A stretch of DNA of 64,000 nt, taken from assembly GCA_965227295.1 (NCBI GenBank), contig OZ245742.1, forward strand, positions 2,816,001-2,880,000. Direction: 5' to 3'. Positions 42,925-52,904 of this stretch are shown piece by piece (positions within the stretch are counted from its first letter, which is position 1; each line of letters starts with the position of its first letter). The notes under the pieces were generated by a model. That model made no database searches, was not told where the DNA came from, and saw only the letters and a list, made by a program, of their open reading frames with translations. Origin of the DNA: Leptonemataceae bacterium. Its GTDB lineage: Bacteria > Spirochaetota > Leptospiria > Leptospirales > Leptonemataceae. A program made the translations under genes and the position numbers.

Positions 42925-44121
42925 ATGCAAACTACTAACTATCGCTGGGTGGTACTTACGGTCTTTACGCTCTCGGCCGGCATTTCACAGATGCTCTGGC
43001 TGAACTTCGCGCCCCTGCTGTCGATGATCCAGGAACGCTACGGCGTCAGTGAACTGGAGGCGTCGCTGTTGATCCTGGTCTTCCCGGCGATCTATGTCGT
43101 GTTGTCGCTCCATTCCGGAGCCATGATCGATCGGCGCGGTTATCGTTTCACCGTGGGGCTCGGCGGAATCATCATGGCGGTGTTTTCGTGCGTCCGCATT
43201 TACGATGCGAGCTTTACGGCGCTGCTGATCGGCCAGACCGGTATCGCCGTGGCCCAGCCCTACGTCGTCAACGGAATCTCCAAACTCGTGGCGGATTGGT
43301 ACGAAGAAGAACACCACGGCCTCGCCACCGGCATCGGAACCATCGGCATGTTTTTGGGCATGGCCGTGGCACTCGCGCTGACACCGGCCCTGGTATCGGC
43401 GGTGGGACTGCAACGAACCATGATCATCTTCGCCCTGATGTCCGGCTTCTCGGCCGGGGCCTTCCTGCTGCTCGCGCGCGAGAACCCCGCGCAAAACGAG
43501 TCGGCGGGTACTTTCGGCGAGGGCGCCTTCGCCCCCTTGTTTCAAAACGGCAACCTGATTCTTTTGTTCGTCCTCTCACTGCTCGCCCTGGGATTTTTTA
43601 ACGGCCTCACTACCTGGCTCGAACCGATCCTCGCCGTGCACGCGAATCTCGACGCGGAGCAGGCCGGCCTCGCCGGCGGCATGTTGATCATCGGCGGCAT
43701 CGTCGGTTCGGCGGTGCTACCGGCGCTGTCGGACGCGTTTCGCCGGCGCAAGCCGTTCCTGTTGATCTCGGCCACGGCCAGCATCATACTGACCCTGCCG
43801 CTCTGCACTACCACTAACTTTACCTGGCTGCTTGTTTACGCCGGTCTCATGGGATTCTTTTTTCTGCCCGGATACGCCCTCTTGTTCGCCATGACCGAAG
43901 AACATGCCGGTGCCGCCCATGCCGGCAGCGCCGCGGGCGTGTTGATGCTCGCCGGGAACGGCGGCGGGGTCGTGGTGGTGCTCTTAATGGAGGCGGTGCG
44001 CGGCGGTGACAGTTCCTGGATCAACGCCATTTATTTGATGATGGCATTGATGGCGGCCGCGGTGCTGCTCGCGCTCAAGCTCGGCGAGTCCCTCGGTCGC
44101 GGTCCGGCTCACGACGCCTGA
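42925..44121 (+). CDS. MFS transporter
   Basis: About 12 hydrophobic segments; GAMIDRRGYR and LSDAFRRRK loop motifs; GGAG RBS. Confidence 0.92.
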   Translation: MQTTNYRWVVLTVFTLSAGISQMLWLNFAPLLSMIQERYGVSELEASLLILVFPAIYVVLSLHSGAMIDRRGYRFTVGLGGIIMAVFSCVRIYDASFTALLIGQTGIAVAQPYVVNGISKLVADWYEEEHHGLATGIGTIGMFLGMAVALALTPALVSAVGLQRTMIIFALMSGFSAGAFLLLARENPAQNESAGTFGEGAFAPLFQNGNLILLFVLSLLALGFFNGLTTWLEPILAVHANLDAEQAGLAGGMLIIGGIVGSAVLPALSDAFRRRKPFLLISATASIILTLPLCTTTNFTWLLVYAGLMGFFFLPGYALLFAMTEEHAGAAHAGSAAGVLMLAGNGGGVVVVLLMEAVRGGDSSWINAIYLMMALMAAAVLLALKLGESLGRGPAHDA

Positions 44122-44141
44122 CCCGTCTCACGGAACGTGCG

Positions 44142-45224
44142 TCACGGTGCCCGGCGTTTTCGCCACTGACCGGGGGACATGCCGGTGCGGGACTTGAACA
44201 ACGCCTGGAACGCGGACATGGAACGAAAGCCGCAGGCCAGGGCGACGTCGAGCACACTCTCTTGCGGATGCTCGACTAACCTCTGCTCCGCGGCGATTAA
44301 GCGGTACTCGTTGACGAAGGCGTTGAAGTTCCGACCGAACTCGCCGTTGATGAATTCCGACAACTGCGCCTGGTTCAGGCCCATGTAATCGGCCAGGTCG
44401 CCCAGGTTCAGATCCTCGTTGAGATAGACCCGTTCCACGACCATGAGGCGTTCCAGTTCGGCGCGCAGCGGCGCCGGATCGCGTTCGCCCAGGCGCGAGC
44501 GGCGCTTCCGGTTCTCGCGGATGCTCGCGGCAAACCGTTCCGTGATGTGCGGCCGGCCCGCACGCAAGACGAGCAGCAAACCCTGGAAAATCGAATGCGA
44601 CCAGAGAAAAAGCCAGGGCTTCCAGTAGATGTCCAGGTTCCGAAAAATCTCGAGAACGACGGCCGTGAGAATGATCAGAGTCCCCGCCGATAAAAACAGC
44701 TTTTGCCGTGACGATAGCCGCGGGCGGCCCGGGTAAATGTACCGCACGAAGATCCACACCAGGTAGACACCGGCAACGATGACACCGAGGGTATTGAGGC
44801 CGCGCAGAATCAGCACCGCGTTCATGCTCGCATCCATTTCGACGAAGCGCAGTCGAGTCTCCGGTTCTACCACGGCCAGGTACAACCAGGTCGTCGCCGC
44901 CAGCAGCCCGGGCAACAGGTGGCGCAACTCGCGACGGAACTCGATGGTTTTCTCCGGCTGCAGGAGTTCGCGGCAATAGAGATACAGCAGCGGTCCGCTC
45001 CAGAACACGAACGGGATCGTTGCGAACTTAACGTACGGAAACATCGGCATGAGTCCGGCCTTCACGAGAGAACCTTCCAGATGCCAGCACGCCGCGCACA
45101 AGGAGTAGGCCGCGAAGTAGCGGGCCCTCGGCTCGCGCAAATTCAACAAACTTGCCGCCGCATGCATCAGGGCCAGCGGCACGCCGGAGAGCAGGACGAT
45201 CTGATGACTGTCGAGGGCGATCAT
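44142..45224 (-). CDS. AraC family regulator with N-terminal membrane domain
   Basis: Several TM helices then YLNEDLNLGDLA...NFNAFVNEYR...VALACGFRSMSAFQALFK..TGMSP. Confidence 0.9.
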   Translation of the reverse strand: MIALDSHQIVLLSGVPLALMHAAASLLNLREPRARYFAAYSLCAACWHLEGSLVKAGLMPMFPYVKFATIPFVFWSGPLLYLYCRELLQPEKTIEFRRELRHLLPGLLAATTWLYLAVVEPETRLRFVEMDASMNAVLILRGLNTLGVIVAGVYLVWIFVRYIYPGRPRLSSRQKLFLSAGTLIILTAVVLEIFRNLDIYWKPWLFLWSHSIFQGLLLVLRAGRPHITERFAASIRENRKRRSRLGERDPAPLRAELERLMVVERVYLNEDLNLGDLADYMGLNQAQLSEFINGEFGRNFNAFVNEYRLIAAEQRLVEHPQESVLDVALACGFRSMSAFQALFKSRTGMSPGQWRKRRAP

Positions 45225-45299
45225 GACGAACGCGCCAGCCTTACGGTTCCTGGATCATGATCAAGGATTTTCAGGTACTGCCTGGATCATGATCGAAGG
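45219..45299. promoter_or_regulatory. Repeated GATCATGA(TC) sites between the AraC and desaturase genes
   Basis: CCTGGATCATGATC at 45249 and 45281 (32-bp spacing); GATCATGA also at 45219. Confidence 0.6.
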
Positions 45300-45352
45300 T
45301 GCGCCGCGCCCGGAGTTCGGTTAGGATCTTCGCATCTGCACAGGAGATGACT

Positions 45353-46225
45353 ATGAAGATCTTACAATTTTTTCACAGGTACGCACAGCTCTGGTTTCTC
45401 GCAGCGATGATCGGCTACGGCCTCGCCGCGATACAGGCGGGCTGGAACCTGAAGATTGCCGCTCCGGTCGGCGCCGTGCTCGCGGTGCTCGTGCTTTCGA
45501 TGTTGGAGCGTCTGGCTCCGGCGCGGCGCGGTGAAAACGACAACGCCGGAGAAACGGCGCGGCATTTCTTTTTCTTCGGCCTCGGCGCCGTGATGGATAA
45601 CCTCGGACGCGCCTTGGCCGTATTCACCGCGGTGAGTCTCGCCGGCGGCGAACGATTTCTGGACCTTCCGTTGTGGCTGGAATTGATTGCGGCCGTCTAC
45701 ATCGCCGAGTTCTTCGCATACTGGTTCCATCGGCTGAGCCATCGCGAGGGCTGGCTCTGGTCCGTACACAGCATCCATCATTTGCCGGAGAAGGTGAATC
45801 TTACGAACAACTTTCTCATGCATCCGCTAAACATATTTTTTCTGAAAGTTATGCGGGCGACGCCGCTGCTGCTGCTCGGTTTTTCCCAGGAGGCCGTCTT
45901 CCTGCACGGCCTGTTCTCCCTGGCGGTCGCGTTTTCGGTGCACGCGAACACCGGCGGACGTCTCGGTGTCTGGAATTACGTGATCGGCACGGCGGAGCTG
46001 CATCGCATGCATCACAGCGTCGATCCGGACGAAGCCGGCAATCACGGCACTGTCGTTCCGTTGTGGGATCAGATCTTCGGTACGTTTCGCTACAATGCGC
46101 ACGGCGAGCCGGCACAGATCGGCGTGGTGCGGGAAGAGCGGGGCCGGTATCCCGTCACGATCGCCGGCATGCTTGTGTATCCGTTGCGCTGGTCTTCGTT
46201 GATTGCGGGGTGGCGCCTCCGCTGA
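45353..46225 (+). CDS. Sterol desaturase / fatty acid hydroxylase superfamily protein
   Basis: His boxes YWFHRLSH, HSIHH, HAN, HRMHH; WDQIFGT; AGGAG RBS. Confidence 0.9.
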   Translation: MKILQFFHRYAQLWFLAAMIGYGLAAIQAGWNLKIAAPVGAVLAVLVLSMLERLAPARRGENDNAGETARHFFFFGLGAVMDNLGRALAVFTAVSLAGGERFLDLPLWLELIAAVYIAEFFAYWFHRLSHREGWLWSVHSIHHLPEKVNLTNNFLMHPLNIFFLKVMRATPLLLLGFSQEAVFLHGLFSLAVAFSVHANTGGRLGVWNYVIGTAELHRMHHSVDPDEAGNHGTVVPLWDQIFGTFRYNAHGEPAQIGVVREERGRYPVTIAGMLVYPLRWSSLIAGWRLR

Positions 46226-46232
46226 CGGAACC

Positions 46233-49200
46233 TCAAAACGCCGGCCCCGGTTGCGCCGTGCTGCGATTCGTGAAACTTCCGTCGCCGAGTTGGCCGAAGT
46301 CGTTCTTGCCCCAGCAGAACAGATCACCGTCGCTCACCGCGCAAACCTGGCCGCCGCCCAGGCCGAAACCGCTGATGTTTGCGAGCGGCACGAGGGAAGC
46401 GTCGAGAACCGTAGACGGAATCTCACGAAACGTTACGGCGTTCACGCCTATCTGTCCCGATTGATTGTTGCCCCAGCAACGGCCGGTACCGTCGTTCAAA
46501 ACCGCGCAGTTGTTGCGGGCGTTCGTGTAGAGTCCGCTTACGTTCGCGCCGAGCCCCGTCGGTTGCGTTGGCGTAATGGCAAAAAACGCCACGCTCGCGT
46601 CGCCGATCTCGTAGTTGCTGTTCGAACCCCAGCAATACACGGCGTCGCCGACCAGGGCGCAACTGTGCAGCGTTCCCGCCGTCACGTTCGTGGCGCCCGT
46701 GAGTCCGGGAACGGGGCCCGTGGGTACGGTGCGCGGAGTCGTGGTGCCGTCGCCGAGTTGCGCCGCCAGGTTGTTGCCCCAGCAATAAACCTCGCCGCCG
46801 TCGACCGCGCAGACGTGGACCGTGCCCGCGCCGATGTCGCTGACGCTGTTCGAAAGGCCGACCACGGGCAACGGAGTCGTCACGGCTTCCAGCGGCGAGC
46901 CGACGCCCAGCCCGCCGGCGGAGTTGTCGCCCCAGCAATGGGCCGTGCCGCTAACAATGGCGCAGCTAAAGTTACCACCCGGAGAAACCTGGCTGACCCC
47001 GCTCGTGAGCCCGCTCACCTGCACCGGCGTGTTGCGGTCCGTCGTGGTGCCGTCGCCGAGCTGGCCGTTGTTGTTCTGGCCCCAGCAACGCAGCGAGCCG
47101 TCGTTCAGAATCGCGCAGGCGTGATTCTGTCCGGCCTCGACCCGGACGACGTTCGCCGTGAGCCCGCTGACCTGCACGGGCACGGCCGAGTTTGTATTCG
47201 TGCCGTTGCCGAGTTGACCGAAGTTGTTCTGGCCCCAGCACTTCGCGGCCCCGTCCACGACGGCACACGAAAAATTCGTGCCGAGTTTTACCGGGAGATC
47301 GGCCGGTGCGGTGGTCGGCGGGCCGGCGGGATTGCCGCACAGTTGCACGGTGCCGGTGTTCGTCACGCTGCGCGTCCAGCCGCCGGGAATGCTTTCGACG
47401 CTCGTCTGCCGTCCGTTCGCGTCGTACTCGATGATGAGCGTGTTGTTGATGGTGCGTTTCTTCGGCAGCGTCGCGCCGCCGTCGTACTCGTACACGATGG
47501 GAATCGTAATCGGTCCCGTTGTAAACGTTACCGATTCCGGAAAACCGTTCGCGTCGTAATCGCCGTAAGTGATCACGTTCGGATTGCCGTTCTGATCCAT
47601 GGCGACGAGACGATTCTGCGTATCCACGGCGAAGGTGTTGTTGATGTTCACATCGGGATTCGGCGGATTGCTGATGGTAAAACTCGCCGCGTCACCGCGG
47701 AACCAGGCGAAGCTGCCGTAGCCGGCGCACTCGCCGCTGAACGTATCGCAGACCAGGTTCGGCAACGGCCCATCGAAGAGCGAGGCCTGCGCCGCGTCGA
47801 TGTTCGGATATGCATACGTTTCGGTGATGACGCCGGACGGCGTGTTCGTAACGCACTCAATGCTGAGCGGCCCTGTGGCCGTGCACGAACTGAACGGCAC
47901 GCCGTCGAGGGCGATGTTTTGCGGAAAGTCCACGCACACCGTCGTCGCCGAAGTCGTGTTCACCGTCGCGATAAACGGCGTAAGATGACTCGTGCGCGCA
48001 ATGATCATACCGTTCTCGGTGTCCGCCGAGGTTTCTTCCACGGGCAGCCAGTTGTCGCCGGGCGCGTTGTAATAAAAGACCGTGAACTCTTCCGGCAGGC
48101 CGGCGTCGATCAGCGCGTCGCGATCGTACGGAAAACGAATTTCGGCGAGATCGCCCGGGAACGTAATCGAACCGCCGGCCACGGGATCGATGTCGTAAAC
48201 GGCGCTCACGGGAATATAGGTTTCGTTGATGCGCGCGGGCACCGGGCGCAGGGACTCGTTCACGGTAAAGTCCGCGGGATGAAAGCCGGGCGGCGGCACG
48301 AACGCGGGTTCTGCCGAGAATCGCGTCACCGCCGAGGCGACCACGGCGTTCACGTCCGGGAAGTTGTACCAGTCTTTGCGATCGGCACCGGCGGACATGT
48401 ACCAATCGTCGAAGAATTCGTAGGCGGTGTGAATGTTCGTGCGTTCGTACATCCAGCGCCAGTCCACGGGCACGAGCAACGCCCAGGGAAAACCGTCGGC
48501 GTCCAGGTAGAGGTCGTTGTCGTTGCCGTCAAAGAAACGGCCGGCGAAGTGGACGTCGCGGTTCGTGTTCTTCACGTGCAGAAACAAATCGTACGGCGCG
48601 GCCCCCAGGTCGTCCTTCGAAACCGGCGCGGCCGGGTTCACTTCCAGTTCGAACAAATCGCCCGCAACAAAGTCCTGACCGCGATGGGCGTTGGATTGTG
48701 AGATGGTCCGGTCGCTGCGTTCCGTAAGTGCAATTGCGTGGAAGTTAGCCGGGCTGCCCGCGGTCGTCGCGAGCAGGTTGCCTTCCGGGTCGAAGCGGCG
48801 CACGGAGTAGTCCGCGTTTTCCAGCGGCAGATTCAGTTTCAGCACGTGATTGTAGCCGGCGGCCTTCGCCACGTGGCGGTACGAACCGAGGATGCGCACG
48901 ACTTCCCCCGCGGCGTTCAGGTGTTCTTCCTGGTTGAATTGCAATACGTAGTCGTTGAAGTCGGCGTCGCCCTGGTTCGGATACAAATCCTCGAAGGCGA
49001 CGGTGAAGCGTCCGCCGTCCGCCGGGAAGCGCAGCAGCGTCGCGCGCGCGGGATCGTCCGGGAAATGATCGGCGTCGTCGGTTATGCCGTCGCCGTCGCG
49101 GTCCGCGAGCGTCGGCGTGGTGTTGCGCGCGCGCCGCACGGCCGTGGTGTTCATCACGATCGTGCGATCCACGGTGCTCAGATCGGCGACCTCCAGCGGC

Positions 49201-49655
49201 GCCGTGTACAGACGACCGCCGTACGTAAAGTCCAGGCGTAGACTGCGGATCGTCGTTGCGATGGTGCAGTTGCCGCTGATGCGACCGTCCGCGCCGCTCA
49301 TCGCCTGGAAGACGACCTCTCGCGCGCGGCCGTCGCGCACGGCGCGAAACTGGACCAGGCTGCCGGCCAGCGGTGCATCTTCCGAATCCGCCAGGCGCAG
49401 GCGCAGGTCCAGGACGGCGACGGTATCGAAGGCGAAGTCCGCCTCGGACGCAACGTCGCGCACGATCATGGAGTAATCCGTCGCGGTGCCGGCGGGAAGA
49501 TCCGGGCTGCCCGGGGCCGCCGTGTCGCTCAGGATCGCGGGCGGCAGCCAGGCCGTAAAGTCGTCACTGCTCTTCGGCGAGCAGGTCGTGTTTAAGATAC
49601 ATACACTAATGATTGTCGCGAGTATATTAAGTGGATAGTTAGCGCGCGTTCGCAT
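46233..49655 (-). CDS. LruC (DUF4842) domain surface lipoprotein with C-terminal RCC1 repeats
   Basis: DRDGDGITDDADHFPDDP; TVAFEDLYPNQGDADFNDYV; GFPWALLVP; seven CWG.N..GQLG-type repeats. Confidence 0.88.
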   Translation of the reverse strand: MRTRANYPLNILATIISVCILNTTCSPKSSDDFTAWLPPAILSDTAAPGSPDLPAGTATDYSMIVRDVASEADFAFDTVAVLDLRLRLADSEDAPLAGSLVQFRAVRDGRAREVVFQAMSGADGRISGNCTIATTIRSLRLDFTYGGRLYTAPLEVADLSTVDRTIVMNTTAVRRARNTTPTLADRDGDGITDDADHFPDDPARATLLRFPADGGRFTVAFEDLYPNQGDADFNDYVLQFNQEEHLNAAGEVVRILGSYRHVAKAAGYNHVLKLNLPLENADYSVRRFDPEGNLLATTAGSPANFHAIALTERSDRTISQSNAHRGQDFVAGDLFELEVNPAAPVSKDDLGAAPYDLFLHVKNTNRDVHFAGRFFDGNDNDLYLDADGFPWALLVPVDWRWMYERTNIHTAYEFFDDWYMSAGADRKDWYNFPDVNAVVASAVTRFSAEPAFVPPPGFHPADFTVNESLRPVPARINETYIPVSAVYDIDPVAGGSITFPGDLAEIRFPYDRDALIDAGLPEEFTVFYYNAPGDNWLPVEETSADTENGMIIARTSHLTPFIATVNTTSATTVCVDFPQNIALDGVPFSSCTATGPLSIECVTNTPSGVITETYAYPNIDAAQASLFDGPLPNLVCDTFSGECAGYGSFAWFRGDAASFTISNPPNPDVNINNTFAVDTQNRLVAMDQNGNPNVITYGDYDANGFPESVTFTTGPITIPIVYEYDGGATLPKKRTINNTLIIEYDANGRQTSVESIPGGWTRSVTNTGTVQLCGNPAGPPTTAPADLPVKLGTNFSCAVVDGAAKCWGQNNFGQLGNGTNTNSAVPVQVSGLTANVVRVEAGQNHACAILNDGSLRCWGQNNNGQLGDGTTTDRNTPVQVSGLTSGVSQVSPGGNFSCAIVSGTAHCWGDNSAGGLGVGSPLEAVTTPLPVVGLSNSVSDIGAGTVHVCAVDGGEVYCWGNNLAAQLGDGTTTPRTVPTGPVPGLTGATNVTAGTLHSCALVGDAVYCWGSNSNYEIGDASVAFFAITPTQPTGLGANVSGLYTNARNNCAVLNDGTGRCWGNNQSGQIGVNAVTFREIPSTVLDASLVPLANISGFGLGGGQVCAVSDGDLFCWGKNDFGQLGDGSFTNRSTAQPGPAF

Positions 49656-49738
49656 GATGCCGGCCTCCGGGGGAAGTCATACATCATGCAATGGAACGAT
49701 CTGTCAACGGATTCCCCGCATCACAACGGATGTTCGCA

Positions 49739-50312
49739 TCATTTCAATCCGATTTGCAATTCCACGATTGCGTCTTCCGGATCCTGTGCGTCCGGCCCGT
49801 ACAGTTCCAGGTCGCCGGCGTAACTTCGATGCGCCTTCAGTTCCGCGTCGTTCCACACGGACTGCCAGGCTTCGATGACGACGGTCTGCACCGGGCCGCG
49901 CCGGCTCATCAAACGTGCGTAGTTGCCGGCGGGCACCAGGCGGCCGGTCATGCCTTCGGGTATGTCGTCGAGGTTCGTTGTCAGCGCGCCGATGACGATG
50001 CGATACGGCCCGCCTGCGTCACTTTCCAGGTCCGTATAGAGGACGGCGATGCCGGACTGCGCGCGATTCGGAATGCGTTCGCCGACGCCCCGGGGTCAAA
50101 CCGAACTGTTTCTGAAAGGCTCGCGCGAACGATTCCGGCGATTCGTACTGAAATTCCAGGGCTACGTCGATCACCTTTGCATTGTCGAGCAAGAGAGCGC
50201 GGCCCGCCTCGGCCAGGCGTCGCTGCCGCAGATAAGCAGCCACGGAGCAACCGGTGATGTAGCTGAACACGCGCTGGAAGTGCCACTGCGAAGGCCCGCC
50301 GTCCACCGCCAC
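49739..50312 (-). pseudogene. Degraded AraC(Rob-like)-GyrI regulator
   Basis: HTH fragment SQWHFQRVF...YESPESFARAFQKQFGLTP. Near 50090 the GyrI-like part continues in another frame (LYTDLESDAGGPYRIVIG...DLELYG). No intact N-terminus. Confidence 0.75.
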
Positions 50313-50359
50313 GCGCTGCGCTTGCTGGACAAAACAAGTGCTCCGTTTACGGTCGCCCC

Positions 50360-51232
50360 ATGCCGAAACACGAAATCTCCGTCTCGCCGCCCCGGGCCGC
50401 CGATCTGGATACCCAGCGCCACGTCACCTCACGCACGTACGAATCCTATTGCTGGGAAGGTCGCTACGCCCTGCTTGCCGGGCAGGGCTACGGGAACGAG
50501 CGCTTAATCGAAGAAAAAATTCTGTTACGGCCCGTGGGCACGTCCATGCGCTTCTTTCGCGAGCAGATGCCCGGCGCCGCGCTGAAGGTGCGCACGGAGC
50601 TGATTCCGGGGGACGGAGCGGACCTGGCCTTCGTGCAGGAGGTCGTCGAGGCCGACAGCGGGGCGACCGCCTGCCGCATCGTCACGCACGTCCGTGGTGA
50701 GGTCGACGGCGCCGCGCAGCGTCTCGCGCTCGCGCCCACTTCGGCAACCGGGGAGGACGACGCCTGGACGGCGGATCCGTTAACCGCTCCTCCGAAGAAG
50801 TTTGCCGGTGACAATCAACGCGTCAGCGCGCCGGCGATCATGCTCTACAGTGAACGCACGCCGTTTTTCGATCATCCCCCCGCGGCGTTGTGGCGCATCG
50901 CCGAGGAAGGGCGCTGGCACTTCAGTTATGCCGTCGGCCTGGATCAAAAGAAGATCTACGAGACCGACACGGTAACGTTCTTCACGTCGGCGAACTTCGA
51001 GTTTTACCGCATACCCCGCGGCGGGGAGGAGATGATCATCCACACCTGGATCGAGAGCATCGAGAAAATTCGCTGTTTCATGCGCCAGGATATCGAGACG
51101 AAACAGGGCGAGCTGTTGTTTTCCGTGCGCGAGGAACAGTTGATCGTGAGCCTGAGCCGCCGCCGGCCGCGCAAGGCCCCGCCGGAGTTTGTGGGAATGA
51201 TCGCGGATTATATGGAAACAGCGCCGGCTTGA
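50360..51232 (+). CDS. Double hot-dog acyl-CoA/ACP thioesterase
   Basis: RAADLDTQRHV...YESYCWEGR and a second degenerate repeat (AEEGRW...IHTWIE). Confidence 0.75.
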   Translation: MPKHEISVSPPRAADLDTQRHVTSRTYESYCWEGRYALLAGQGYGNERLIEEKILLRPVGTSMRFFREQMPGAALKVRTELIPGDGADLAFVQEVVEADSGATACRIVTHVRGEVDGAAQRLALAPTSATGEDDAWTADPLTAPPKKFAGDNQRVSAPAIMLYSERTPFFDHPPAALWRIAEEGRWHFSYAVGLDQKKIYETDTVTFFTSANFEFYRIPRGGEEMIIHTWIESIEKIRCFMRQDIETKQGELLFSVREEQLIVSLSRRRPRKAPPEFVGMIADYMETAPA

Positions 51233-51284
51233 GGGCGCACGATTATGATTGCATCGCAGGACGCGTCGATCAGAATAACGACCC

Positions 51285-52904
51285 ATGATGTATCCGCGCC
51301 TTCCCGGTGAAGCGGCCTGTTTTTTGTTGCTGCTGACCGTATTCGTTTTCAGTTTCTGCGGTCCGCCGAAACCGACGGACGTGCCCGATCGCATCGGCGA
51401 GGAGGAACTCGAAGCCGTGCCGCCCTACAGTGAAGTCGAACCGCTGCTGTCCGCCGAAGAATGGCAGGTTCGCTCGAATGCCGTCCTCGACGTGAGTCGC
51501 GGCAAGTATCGAGAAGCGATCCCGCGGCTCATGGCCATGCTCGGCCCCGACGAACATCCGGCCGTGCGCAATACCGCCGCCCTGGCGCTCGCCGACTTCG
51601 AGCACGCCCCGGCCGGCCCGAAGATCGAAGCGCTGCTGTCCCGCACCGCCGTCGATGGCGGGAATCCGCAGTTTCTCATGGACGCCCTGGTGCGCCTGGG
51701 CGATCCGCGCTTCGCCGGGGCGATCGTGCCGTTCCTGGATTCGGAGCGCAGCGGCCTGCGACTCAAGGCCCAGGACAGCCTCAAACAACTGAACGCCACG
51801 GCCCAGGGCTCGCGCATCTTAAAGATGGCTCAGGAGAACTTAAGATCCGGCGGCGATCCGGAGAAAGCGAAGATCTACGCCATGGCCCTGGGAAACCTTA
51901 AGGTACGCTCCGGCGAAGCTTATCTTCTGGAACTGGCGCGGCGCTCGGAGCCGGGGCCGACCCTGGCCGCGGCCTACCTGGCCCTGGGCCGCGTCGAGAG
52001 TCGGCGCGCGGTGCCCACGCTCATCAACGCGCTGTCGGCGGATTTCGACAAGGGACGGGAGAACGCCGTGGCCGCGCTGATTCAGATCGGCGACGCGGGT
52101 GCGCTCGAACGATTGTACGATCTGCTCGGCCACGAAAACGCCGCCACGCGGTTTGCGGCGGCGGAGGTCATCGTCGGGATTCCGCACCGGCGGAGCGGGC
52201 CGGCGGTGCTCGCGATTCTCGCAGAGGGGTCGCCGCGGGCCACGGCACCGGCGGCGTACGTCCTCGGACGATTGAAGTACGAGCCGGCACGTAAAATCAT
52301 ATCAGTAAAACTTAAGGATCCGAAGCATGCGGATCGTGAGGCCCTGGCCCGGGCCTTGGGCTGGTTGGGGGCCCCGGAGGAACATCCCGAGACCACGGCC
52401 CTCTTGATCGACGTCCTGGGCGAAAACGGCGGGGAAGGCCGGTACGGGGCGGCCTGGTCCCTGGGCATTCTCGGAGTTCCCGAGGCTCTCGAACCGTTAC
52501 GTCGCGCGGCGCGGAGTGACGATCGCAAGCTGGCGTTGCTCGCCGTCGAAGCCCTGGGCGGGCTCCGCACACCGGCGGCCCTGCCGGATCTGGAACGCGC
52601 GGTCAAAGGCAACGCCGCCGTACGTTACGCGGCACTGGACAGCATCGCTTCGATCCCCGGCGACGAGGCGCGTCTCATCCTCGAAGGTTTCGCCACCGGC
52701 ACCGATCCGGACATCCAGCTCGTGGCCGTGCGTGCCCTGGGCACGCGCCGGGAGGAGCAATCGGTACCGCTGCTCGTTAACATCGTACAGGATGCATCTA
52801 CGGAAACGGCCCGGGCCGCGATGTTAAGCCTGCGCTCGATTACGGGGCAGGATTTTGAATCGCGGAGTCAGTGGGTTCATTGGTTCGAAGTTCAGAATCG
52901 CTAG
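51285..52904 (+). CDS. HEAT-repeat protein, probable lipoprotein
   Basis: Signal ending FSFC; repeated R..AA.ALG..G...A.P.L units. Confidence 0.85.
   Translation: MMYPRLPGEAACFLLLLTVFVFSFCGPPKPTDVPDRIGEEELEAVPPYSEVEPLLSAEEWQVRSNAVLDVSRGKYREAIPRLMAMLGPDEHPAVRNTAALALADFEHAPAGPKIEALLSRTAVDGGNPQFLMDALVRLGDPRFAGAIVPFLDSERSGLRLKAQDSLKQLNATAQGSRILKMAQENLRSGGDPEKAKIYAMALGNLKVRSGEAYLLELARRSEPGPTLAAAYLALGRVESRRAVPTLINALSADFDKGRENAVAALIQIGDAGALERLYDLLGHENAATRFAAAEVIVGIPHRRSGPAVLAILAEGSPRATAPAAYVLGRLKYEPARKIISVKLKDPKHADREALARALGWLGAPEEHPETTALLIDVLGENGGEGRYGAAWSLGILGVPEALEPLRRAARSDDRKLALLAVEALGGLRTPAALPDLERAVKGNAAVRYAALDSIASIPGDEARLILEGFATGTDPDIQLVAVRALGTRREEQSVPLLVNIVQDASTETARAAMLSLRSITGQDFESRSQWVHWFEVQNR

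Noticed and set aside
46203..48701. 832-aa plus-strand ORF and other long antisense ORFs (15353-16318, 34007-35110, 60525-61787, 61565-62719)
   Set aside because: Shadow frames of GC-rich genes with recognisable products on the other strand or frame.
52840..52904. 65-nt convergent gene overlap as a regulatory feature
   Set aside because: The overlap is a low-complexity tail; such overlaps are common in GC-rich genomes.
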